Shown: piece by piece, positions 56,681 to 64,000 of the stretch
How positions within the stretch are numbered: position 1 is the first letter of the stretch
How the letters are laid out: each line of letters starts with the position of its first letter
From: a bacterium
Lineage (GTDB): Bacteria > Bacteroidota > Bacteroidia > Bacteroidales > Muribaculaceae
DNA: 64,000 nucleotides
Assembly (NCBI GenBank): GCA_004561555.1
Contig: SFVH01000003.1
Location: forward strand, 2,798-66,797
Reading direction: 5' to 3'
Made by a program: the position numbers and the translations under genes
The notes under the pieces: generated by a model
What the model was told of the DNA's origin: nothing
Seen by the model: the letters and a program-made list of their open reading frames with translations, nothing else
The model's database searches: none

Positions 56681-58135
56681 ATGGACGAACCCTCGCTGAA
56701 ACTCAAGACAGCACGCACGCTGAAATGGAACACCGTAGATAAGTTTGCCTCGCAACTCTTTTACGGTATCACCGGTGTGGTGCTTGCCAACCTGCTGTCG
56801 AAGTCTGACTTCGGCTTGGTGGGTGCAATCCTTGTGTTTCAAGCATTCGCTTCTCTGTTTGTCGACAGTGGTTTTTCCGCTGCATTAATACAAAAGAAAA
56901 CACCCACAGAGAGCGACTATTGCACTGTGTTTTACTTCAACTTGGGCATAAGTGTGATACTATACGTGGTGTTATGGTGCTGTGCTCCGCTAATTGCCGA
57001 CTATTTTGGCGATGAGCGACTAATCGACCTGTCAAGGGTAATGTTTCTGTCATTTATCATCAATGCCACGGCATTGGTACAAACCAATCGACTGATGAAA
57101 CAGATGACAATGGCTCGCGTGGCAATAGCCAACACGCTCGCATTGATTGTTTCAGGAGCGATAGGTATATGGCTGGCATTTGAAGGCTACGGAGCATGGG
57201 CTATAGTGTGGCAAACACTGATATTGGCTTTTGTAAAATCCGCTTTCTTATGGGCGACATCGGGCTGGATGCCTCGAAGTGGATTCTCTTTAAGTTCATT
57301 AAAGTCGGTATTTGGTGTAGGTAGCGGGGTGATGGCGTGCTCGTTTCTCAATACAGTGTCGCTCAACATCTATTCGCTTATCATCGGTCGCTACTTCCGT
57401 CTCTCAGCTCTCGGCTGCTACACTCAAGCCGACAAATGGAGCAAAATGGGCATCCAATCAATGGCACAAATCCTCACTGCCTCTTTTCTACCGGTGCTTA
57501 GCGGTGTGCAAGACGACCGCGAGCGTATGTTGCGAGCCATCCGCAAGATGAACCGCTTCACAAGCTATCTGCTCTTCCCGATAATGCTCACCCTTATTGC
57601 CGCCGCCCAACCTATCTTCCACATACTTTTTTCCACAAAATGGGATGATGCAATAATATTGTTTCAAATACTTATGGCTCGCGGCATCTTTGTGGTATTG
57701 GCATCTCTTTACAACAACTATATTCTCGCATTGGGTCGCTCCAAGGTGATGGTGGGCTATGAGGTAGTTAAAGACGTGCTGATGGTGGTGGCAATCATCA
57801 TCACCCTACCCTATGGGATGGAAGCTTTAGTGTGGGGACAGATGGTGGCTGCGATGCTGTTTTTCGGCTATGCTGTGGGAGTGACCCACCGCATTGCCGG
57901 ATACCATTGGCGTCATACCCTCACCGATAGCCTCCCCTACTGCATCATTGCTACGGTGATTGCCGTAGGACAATGGTTACTGCTTCTTGTAGTGCCAAAT
58001 CCTTGGCTATGCATTGGATTGCAATTATCGGCATTGTTACTTTATATTTCCCTTAATCACATCTTCAACTCCGCTATCCAGAATGAGGTGCTCGGCTTTG
58101 CGCTGGGCAGATTTCGTCGCCGCAGGAGCTGTTAA
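56681..58135 (+). CDS. Wzx/MOP-family polysaccharide flippase (lipopolysaccharide biosynthesis protein)
   Basis: 484 aa with about 12-14 TM segments. The N-terminus LKWNTVDKFASQLFYGITGVVLANLLSKSDFGLVG is typical of Polysacc_synt. Confidence 0.75.
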   Translation: MDEPSLKLKTARTLKWNTVDKFASQLFYGITGVVLANLLSKSDFGLVGAILVFQAFASLFVDSGFSAALIQKKTPTESDYCTVFYFNLGISVILYVVLWCCAPLIADYFGDERLIDLSRVMFLSFIINATALVQTNRLMKQMTMARVAIANTLALIVSGAIGIWLAFEGYGAWAIVWQTLILAFVKSAFLWATSGWMPRSGFSLSSLKSVFGVGSGVMACSFLNTVSLNIYSLIIGRYFRLSALGCYTQADKWSKMGIQSMAQILTASFLPVLSGVQDDRERMLRAIRKMNRFTSYLLFPIMLTLIAAAQPIFHILFSTKWDDAIILFQILMARGIFVVLASLYNNYILALGRSKVMVGYEVVKDVLMVVAIIITLPYGMEALVWGQMVAAMLFFGYAVGVTHRIAGYHWRHTLTDSLPYCIIATVIAVGQWLLLLVVPNPWLCIGLQLSALLLYISLNHIFNSAIQNEVLGFALGRFRRRRSC

Positions 58136-58223
58136 TATTTGCTAAATTATTGTTTTTAACATTTAATTTTACTTTATTTGTGGTGTTATAGCAAATGCAA
58201 CCTAATTACAAAAACCTTTTTTA

Positions 58224-58694
58224 ATGCGGTTAAAATTTTTTATTATTGGCACGATAGTGTCGTCAGGATTTACACTAACTAATGCTACTAACGTATTTTT
58301 CTACCCAAATGCCGAAACGGAGAAACCGGTGAAATGGATGGAAGATGTGAGAAAAGTAGTGTTTAGTGGTGATGTGGTGTCGCTCAATGGTATTAACGGA
58401 AAGAGCGAAAGTGTAGGAATCAGTGAGCTGAATCACTTTAATTTCTTTTCCGACTATGTGTCGGGCATCAAGCCTGTCATTACAGAGGGAAAGATTGTGA
58501 TTGCGGGCTCGATAGTGAGAGTAATCACCGAACGTTGCGTCAAGAGTCTTCAGATTTACGACCTCAATGGAGTGGAATGTGGCAGTAGTTGCGAAAGCGA
58601 ATTGTCAATTGCCCACCTGCCAAAAGGTGTGTATCTGGTGAAAGCGCAAACCGATGGTACAGTTATTAATGCTAAAATTATAAAGTCAGTATAA
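58224..58694 (+). CDS. Small secreted protein with T9SS type-A C-terminal sorting domain
   Basis: 156 aa with a signal peptide. The C-terminus is LQIYDLNGVECG...LSIAHLPKGVYLVKAQTDGTVINAKIIKSV. Confidence 0.6.
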   Translation: MRLKFFIIGTIVSSGFTLTNATNVFFYPNAETEKPVKWMEDVRKVVFSGDVVSLNGINGKSESVGISELNHFNFFSDYVSGIKPVITEGKIVIAGSIVRVITERCVKSLQIYDLNGVECGSSCESELSIAHLPKGVYLVKAQTDGTVINAKIIKSV

Positions 58695-58698
58695 AAAA

Positions 58699-61341
58699 AT
58701 GAAAAATAAATACTTACTATCCTTTGCTGTTCTGGCTTCGCTATCAGCTTCAGCGGCTTCCGGCGATGAAGGCAACCTATACGTGTGGAGTGGTGGCAGT
58801 GTGGTCTACACCACAGCAATGACAAATGTGGAAGACGTAGTGGTGAGTGATGAAGACATCAACGGAAACAGTCTCTATACCACCTCACGCGCCTCTCTCG
58901 ATAGCATAGGCTTCTATCCCGTGACTCTCAAAGCCGACCTCTTGGACGTAGTGTTTAATGCCGACGGCTCTGCCACCGACGTTTCACCTCAACATCTGCC
59001 TATCACCAATCCGTCGACCACCAATCTCAACGTGTATTGGAACAGCACTTATTCGCGCTATGTGGCTCACTCGTCAGCCGCTTGGAAAGACGCGGCGTCG
59101 GGTCACTATCGTGTGCCTCTCAACGACTCCTATTTCTCAAAACTGCAAGATGGCTACACCTTGGAGGCAATAGTGATGACTCCGGAAAAGGGAGGCACGA
59201 TGACCGACGACGAAGTGAAATGGATTGGATGTCATCAAAATGGCGGCCCCGGAGGTATATTGGTATCAAAAAAAAGGTCCGGCTCAAAACTATCATTCTT
59301 GCCCCACACCTCTACCACAGGCTATTGCTGGGCAAGTGTCGACTATGAAGTGAATCGCTACTATCACGTTATCGGCGTGTATAGCAAAGAAGAACAAAAA
59401 GCGAAACTCTATGTCGACGGCAATCTCGTAGCAACAGTTGATGCGGTGGGCGACCTCACCAAACCCTCCGACTCCTCATCGCAGTGGTGGGCTATCTTCG
59501 GTGACCCGCAAAGTGGAGCGCAAGAGCAGACTATCCCCGGCGACGTAGTGATGTTTCGCCTATATGATAAGGTGGTTAACGATGTTGAAGCCAAACTGCT
59601 ATGGGACAACGTACCTCATCGACGAAGCGACTTACCCGTGGCAGACCTTCTCGACGTGGCTTTTAAAGCTGACGGCACAGCTTTCGACTTGTCGGTGGCT
59701 CGACAAACAGTGGAAACTAATGCCCACAACGAATTATCGACCTACTTCTCAGGCTTTTGCAACCGCACCGTGGCTCATGGCACTTCTGCCTGGGGCGCAA
59801 ACAACAACCGTGCATACTACAAGGTGGATGCTGCCGGATATTTCAGCAAGCTAAAAGATGGATACACACTCGAAGCAGTGGTGATGTCACCACAGCTGGT
59901 CACCACAGCCGATGCCAAATGGATCGCTTGCCATCAAAATGGCGGACCCGGAGGAATCATGATTTCCAAATCTCAGAATTCACGTATCACCTTCCTACCA
60001 TATACAGGTGCTTATTACCGTTATGCTATCGATCCCAATCCCTTCCAAACCAATCGCTACTACCATGTGGTTGGCGTTTACGACCAATCAACGGCAAAGG
60101 CACTTCTATATATAGATGGTGCGCTCGCCTCTTCAGTAGATGCCACCGGCACTCTGACGCTACCATCCGTCACCTCATCGCAATGGTGGGCTATCTTCGG
60201 CGACCCGCATAATGGCAAACAAAACCAAACCATCCCCGGTGACATCGCTATGTTCCGCCTCTACGACAATGTGCTCACATCGTCGCAAATATCACTCCTC
60301 TACAACGACTGGAAAAACAATGCCAACGGAGATTATGCCAATATGGTGAGCAACGTGACCTTCCTCACCAACGTACCGGTGAAGAAAGAAGGCGGAAGGC
60401 TTGAAATCTTCGGCAACGGCTTTGCTGAAGGTGACAGAGTGGAAATGATAGCGTCGCAAGATCATAACAGCATTTACTATCCCACTTGCTCGCTTGACAA
60501 CGGAACATTGATGCTCACTATGCCGGACAATTTGGTCGATGGCAGTTACTTGCTGGTGCTATCACGCGATGGCGTAAAACAAGAGCTTGGCACAGTCAAC
60601 CTTTCGCTGAAAGCTTCGCTTCACACAACAAACGTGATTGCTCACCGAGGTTATTGGAACACCCCGGGAGCGTCTCAAAATTCACGCGCCTCGCTTCAAA
60701 AAGCTATCGACCTGGGCATTTACGGCTCAGAGTGCGATGTGTGGCTCACAACCGATGGTGTGTTGATGGTTAACCATGACCCCAGTTTTTCAGGTACAAC
60801 CATACAAACCTCAACATCATCCACTTGCAAGGCTCTCACCTTAGGCAACGGCGAATCGATGCCCACACTTGAAGACCTTCTGAAAATTCTCAAAGCTTCG
60901 GCGGGCAACACCAAACTTATCATAGAGATTAAGTCGCATTCTTCGACAACCAACACCAAGAAAGCGGCAAAAGCGGCTGTCGACCTTGTAAAGCAATATG
61001 GCTTGCAAGACCGTGTGGAATATATAGCATTCTCATGGGACGCTTGCACTTATATTATGACTTTAGACGCAACGGCAAAAGTGGCATATCTCAACGGCGA
61101 CAAGACTCCTCAAGAAGTGAAGGATGCCGGACTAACGGGCATCGACTACGAAATCGCCAAGATGACTGCCAACCCCGGTTGGTTTGATGCCGCTCACAAT
61201 CTCGGACTGGGAGTGAATGTATGGACATTACGCAACTACAACGACATCATTGATATGATTAACTGTGGTGCCGACTATCTCACCACGGATATGCCGGTAG
61301 ATGCCATTCGCTACAAGCGCCACTACGATATCAACCAATAA
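58699..61341 (+). CDS. Secreted LamG-like x2 + Ig-like + glycerophosphodiester phosphodiesterase (GDPD) fusion protein
   Basis: 880 aa with a signal peptide. Two ~220-aa homologous concanavalin/LamG-like modules are present. The C-terminal GDPD motifs are VIAHRGYW, GSECDVWLTTDGVLMVNHD and IEIK. Confidence 0.7.
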   Translation: MKNKYLLSFAVLASLSASAASGDEGNLYVWSGGSVVYTTAMTNVEDVVVSDEDINGNSLYTTSRASLDSIGFYPVTLKADLLDVVFNADGSATDVSPQHLPITNPSTTNLNVYWNSTYSRYVAHSSAAWKDAASGHYRVPLNDSYFSKLQDGYTLEAIVMTPEKGGTMTDDEVKWIGCHQNGGPGGILVSKKRSGSKLSFLPHTSTTGYCWASVDYEVNRYYHVIGVYSKEEQKAKLYVDGNLVATVDAVGDLTKPSDSSSQWWAIFGDPQSGAQEQTIPGDVVMFRLYDKVVNDVEAKLLWDNVPHRRSDLPVADLLDVAFKADGTAFDLSVARQTVETNAHNELSTYFSGFCNRTVAHGTSAWGANNNRAYYKVDAAGYFSKLKDGYTLEAVVMSPQLVTTADAKWIACHQNGGPGGIMISKSQNSRITFLPYTGAYYRYAIDPNPFQTNRYYHVVGVYDQSTAKALLYIDGALASSVDATGTLTLPSVTSSQWWAIFGDPHNGKQNQTIPGDIAMFRLYDNVLTSSQISLLYNDWKNNANGDYANMVSNVTFLTNVPVKKEGGRLEIFGNGFAEGDRVEMIASQDHNSIYYPTCSLDNGTLMLTMPDNLVDGSYLLVLSRDGVKQELGTVNLSLKASLHTTNVIAHRGYWNTPGASQNSRASLQKAIDLGIYGSECDVWLTTDGVLMVNHDPSFSGTTIQTSTSSTCKALTLGNGESMPTLEDLLKILKASAGNTKLIIEIKSHSSTTNTKKAAKAAVDLVKQYGLQDRVEYIAFSWDACTYIMTLDATAKVAYLNGDKTPQEVKDAGLTGIDYEIAKMTANPGWFDAAHNLGLGVNVWTLRNYNDIIDMINCGADYLTTDMPVDAIRYKRHYDINQ
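58939..60303 (+). repeat. Internal tandem domain duplication (aa 81-302 vs aa 317-535) in the LamG-GDPD gene
   Basis: Aligned by eye. LLDVVFNADG...DGYTLEAIVM...KWIGCHQNGGPGGILVSK...NRYYHVIGVY...SSQWWAIFGDPQ..QTIPGDVVMFRLYD lines up with LLDVAFKADG...DGYTLEAVVM...KWIACHQNGGPGGIMISK...NRYYHVVGVY...SSQWWAIFGDPH..QTIPGDIAMFRLYD. Confidence 0.85.
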
Positions 61342-61362
61342 TGACAAGATATTAATTTTTAC

Positions 61363-61410
61363 AAACTACCGGCTAATTGGAGATATCCATTAACCGGTAG
61401 TTTTCTTGAT
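61363..61410 (+). terminator. Intrinsic terminator after the GDPD gene
   Basis: AAACTACCGG - 21 nt - CCGGTAGTTT followed by TCTTG. The T-run is contiguous with the stem end. Confidence 0.55.
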
Positions 61411-61412
61411 GA

Positions 61413-61757
61413 TTATTTCCCCACTATCTCAATATCATATCCTAACTTCCTAAACGCCACCTCATAGTCGGCATATGTTGACTTTCTCCTATCATATATG
61501 ATGGTCACAGTCTGATTAGGCACTGAAGTCTCAATTTTTTTTGTTCCCTTGACAAATCGGATATTACTCTTAATTCTTGTCTCACAACCGGAGCAGTGCA
61601 TTTCGGGCTTGGTAGTAACTACAAGAGTGTCGACCTTTGACTCTGCAAAAGCACTCAGTATAGGATAATTGTTTTTCTCAAAAGAAAAAAAACTGCCGAA
61701 AACATAATCAACAAAAAAGGCGGACTCTTTCAAAGGGAATCCACCTTTTTCAGCCAT
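61413..61757 (-). CDS. Heavy-metal-associated (HMA) domain protein
   Basis: The C-terminal 70 aa form an HMA fold with MHCSGCETRIKSNI. The N-terminal ~45 aa is atypical, with a possible degenerate signal peptide ending SAFA. Confidence 0.7.
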   Translation of the reverse strand: MAEKGGFPLKESAFFVDYVFGSFFSFEKNNYPILSAFAESKVDTLVVTTKPEMHCSGCETRIKSNIRFVKGTKKIETSVPNQTVTIIYDRRKSTYADYEVAFRKLGYDIEIVGK

Positions 61758-61793
61758 TCATAAATAATTCTCTCAAACGGCAATATTAAAACA

Positions 61794-63080
61794 CTAAATC
61801 TTGTCGAGAGCTTGACTGAGGTCTGCAATAATGTCATCGATATGCTCGGTGCCAATGGAGAGGCGAACGGTCGCCGGGGTGATGTGTTGCTGTGCCAACT
61901 CCTCGGGAGTCATCTGCGAGTGGGTAGTGGTGTAAGGGTGAATTACAAGGCTTTTCACGTCTGCCACATTGGCAAGAAGCGAGAATATCTCAAGAGAGTC
62001 GATAAATCGCCATGCCTCTTTTTCTCCTCCTTTCACCTCGAAAGTGAAAATGCTACCACCACCATTGGGGAAGTATTTCTTATATAAAGCGTTATCGCGA
62101 TGGTCAGGCAAACTTGGGTGATTCACCTTAGCCACCTTAGGATGATTGTTCAAGAAATTCACCACTTTGAGGGCATTCTCCACATGGCGTTCCACTCGTA
62201 ACGACAGTGTTTCCAACCCTTGGAGAAGGATGAATGCGTTGAAAGGCGAGATTGCGGCACCGGTGTCGCGGAGGATTACCGCACGAATGCGAGTGACAAA
62301 TGCCGCCGCTCCTGCTACATCGGCAAAAATAGCGCCATGATAGCTTGGGTCGGGTTTCGCCAACGTCAGAAATTTGTCGGCATTGGCTTTCCAGTCAAAG
62401 GTACCTCCGTCAACGATTACACCACCGAGGCTTGTGCCATGACCCCCGATAAACTTAGTGGCGGAATGTACCACAATGTCTGCACCATGTTCGATAGGAC
62501 GGATAAGAAATGGTGTGCCAAAGGTATTGTCGACGATAAACGGGATATTATGACGGTGAGCCACTTCGGCTATTGCTTCAAGATTAGTCACGTCGGAGTT
62601 GGGATTGCCGAAAGTCTCGGCATATACCACTTTTGTTTCCGGACGGATAGCAGCCTCCAAAGCCTCAAGGTCATTGACATCAACAATGGTGTGGCTGATG
62701 CCTTGAGTGGCAAGGGTATGGGTGATGAGGTTAAACGAACCGCCATAAAGGTTATCAGCCGCCACAATATGGTCGCCTACAGTGAGGATATTTTGCAGTG
62801 AATAGGTCACTGCCGCTGCGCCCGATGCCACTGCCAATCCGGCAACACCTCCTTCAAGAGCTGCCACCCTCTTCTCAAACACGTCTTGTGTGGAGTTGGT
62901 CAAACGACCATAGATATTGCCGGCATCGCGTAAGCCGAAGCGGTCGGCAGCATGTTGAGAATTGCGAAACACATAAGAAGTGGTCTGATAGATGGGTACT
63001 GCACGCGAATCGGTTACAGGATCGGGTTGCTCTTGGCCCACATGGAGCTGGAGAGTTTCAAAGTGATATTTCTGTGCCAT
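61794..63080 (-). CDS. metY: O-acetylhomoserine aminocarboxypropyltransferase / sulfhydrylase (PLP-dependent)
   Basis: 428 aa with [20 protein letters not shown] (PLP-Lys) and [16 protein letters not shown]. Confidence 0.9.
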   Translation of the reverse strand: MAQKYHFETLQLHVGQEQPDPVTDSRAVPIYQTTSYVFRNSQHAADRFGLRDAGNIYGRLTNSTQDVFEKRVAALEGGVAGLAVASGAAAVTYSLQNILTVGDHIVAADNLYGGSFNLITHTLATQGISHTIVDVNDLEALEAAIRPETKVVYAETFGNPNSDVTNLEAIAEVAHRHNIPFIVDNTFGTPFLIRPIEHGADIVVHSATKFIGGHGTSLGGVIVDGGTFDWKANADKFLTLAKPDPSYHGAIFADVAGAAAFVTRIRAVILRDTGAAISPFNAFILLQGLETLSLRVERHVENALKVVNFLNNHPKVAKVNHPSLPDHRDNALYKKYFPNGGGSIFTFEVKGGEKEAWRFIDSLEIFSLLANVADVKSLVIHPYTTTHSQMTPEELAQQHITPATVRLSIGTEHIDDIIADLSQALDKI

Positions 63081-63123
63081 AGTCGTTATGTTTTTTTGTT
63101 GTTAATAATCGTTGATTCCGTTG

Positions 63124-63131
63124 CAAAGTTA
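63124..63131 (-). promoter_or_regulatory. -7 box (TAACTTTG) for metY
   Basis: Forward caaagtta, 44 nt upstream of ATG 63080. Confidence 0.45.
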
Positions 63132-63686
63132 TGCGAAGTAGATTAATCTTCCAACACATTTTATTATTTCAGGAAATATTCCTAATAGCAAAAGCTTTGA
63201 CGGAAGAATCCACCAAGAGAACCATTTTACAACCCTCCTGGTGGAATAATATTCTTTAACCGGGTGTCGCTTTCGCCATTCTCTATTGCAACTTGCGCAA
63301 GGTTAATGCACGACACACGAAATAAGGCACCACCTTTGCCCCTATCATCATTATTGGACGAACCGACGAGGTCAATTGTAAATCCACAGTGACGTTTTCT
63401 TTTTCGCAAACGATGAAAATATAAGTGATAAGGGTGCAGATAATGAAATTCTCGCTTTTGGTGTCTGCCTCCTTGTTGTTCGACTTCTAACAATATGCTG
63501 TTAATTATTATGTTATTATTTAGACAATCTTGTTAGACAGCCTCATACAAATAGAATCACAAAAAAATAATCTGCAACAACGCGACTAAAGATTTTGAAG
63601 ATAATTAACCGAATAAAAACTGACGCATAATTGCGATAATCAACGAAATAATCTTCAAAAGAATTGGCTTTTTTATGATAATTTAT

Positions 63687-63694
63687 TTACTTTT
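63687..63694 (+). promoter_or_regulatory. -7 box (TACTTTTG) for the right-edge gene
   Basis: 30 nt before ATG 63724. Confidence 0.45.
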
Positions 63695-63723
63695 GTAGCA
63701 TATTATTACCAAAATTATTTGTT

Positions 63724-64000
63724 ATGAGAAAATTTTATTCATTATTAACGCTTTTGGTGCTTGCCATAGTCTCGCCTGTGGCACGAGCAGAAGTGGTAAG
63801 TCCCTACAGTTTTGACTTTTCGGGGCTCGACACTTCCTCACACAGTTTTGCACCATCCGGGTGGGGGCATATAGTAGAGTCGTATGACGACTACGAATAT
63901 GGCAACACCGACTATGTGGAGTACACCCAAAAAGCGACAGGAGGTATCGACGACAGTGCATGTCTCTATTGTGGCAGCCAAACTATTGGCTACGATTACG
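63724..64000 (+). CDS. Secreted hypothetical protein, N-terminal fragment (runs off the right edge)
   Basis: Hand translation gives MRKFYSLLTLLVLAIVSPVARAEVVSPYSFDFSGLDTSSHSFAPSGWGHIVESYDDYEYGNTDYVEYTQKATGG... It has a signal peptide. The F.F...P.GW start is reminiscent of choice-of-anchor-J-type surface proteins (weak). Confidence 0.5.
   Translation, partial: MRKFYSLLTLLVLAIVSPVARAEVVSPYSFDFSGLDTSSHSFAPSGWGHIVESYDDYEYGNTDYVEYTQKATGGIDDSACLYCGSQTIGYDY

Noticed and set aside
63227-63493. 88-aa minus-strand ORF upstream of metY
   Set aside because: It starts with TTG, has no -7 box in front and has an odd composition (HYLHPYHLYFHRLRKRKRH). I recognise no family, so it is treated as non-coding until shown otherwise.
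63140-63500. Possible SAM riboswitch in front of metY
   Set aside because: I could not find the SAM-I core (no GGAGGGA...GGCCC / GGTGC.AATTCC / AGATGAG arrangement). For SAM-II there is only a loose AAAGCT element, without the GCTTGC partner. In addition, the best promoter box lies downstream of the hairpin, so the hairpin may not be in the mRNA.
1-64000. Window-wide look for defence systems, toxin-antitoxin pairs, prophage, IS/transposons, CRISPR, retrons or DGRs
   Set aside because: None is supportable. Every ORF over 150 aa is assigned to a housekeeping, cell-envelope or biosynthetic family. I saw no reverse transcriptase, nuclease-helicase pairs, transposase motifs or spaced repeat arrays. 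The only accessory-looking DNA is the AT-rich flippase/acetyltransferase pair and the decayed segments at 14.4-14.9 kb and 25.4-26.0 kb.

Overview
This 64-kb window reads as chromosomal backbone of a Bacteroidota (Bacteroidales-like) genome. Supporting signs are many TAnnTTTG -7 promoter boxes at sensible distances from starts, a T9SS C-terminal sorting domain, the trpB-E-G-D-C-F-A gene order and an AmpG/NamZ-type cell-wall salvage locus. All product calls come from recognising motifs in the supplied translations and in my own hand translations. No searches or folding programs were run, and GC statements are by eye. About 55 protein genes, one tRNA-Gln(CTG), a Trp-codon leader peptide with a terminator, and several intrinsic terminators are supportable. 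I see no CRISPR array, IS element, phage, integrative element, toxin-antitoxin pair or recognisable defence system. The best candidate for an under-described system is the tightly packed 13-kb minus-strand operon at 1-13161, with a sugar kinase just upstream. It combines peptidoglycan-scavenging functions: a large Amidase_3/golvesin-like protein, SpoIID/LytB, AmpG, a DUF1343/NamZ-like muramidase, a D-lactate-dehydrogenase-like flavoprotein and a DUF5009 acyltransferase. Nested inside it is an unexplained anabolic-looking pair, a DUF4922 HIT/GalT-like HxHxQ protein abutting a two-domain GT2. Other points worth a second look:
- a structured gene-free region (25.4-26.0 kb) with an orphan promoter, an orphan terminator and nested inverted repeats
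- a 21-codon ORF with its own promoter and terminator
- a decayed zinc-ribbon membrane gene
- a leader hairpin ahead of rimP-nusA-infB
- a secreted LamG-LamG-GDPD protein
- an AraC-RluA coupled pair
- a tatAC-HAD-orphan kinase chain
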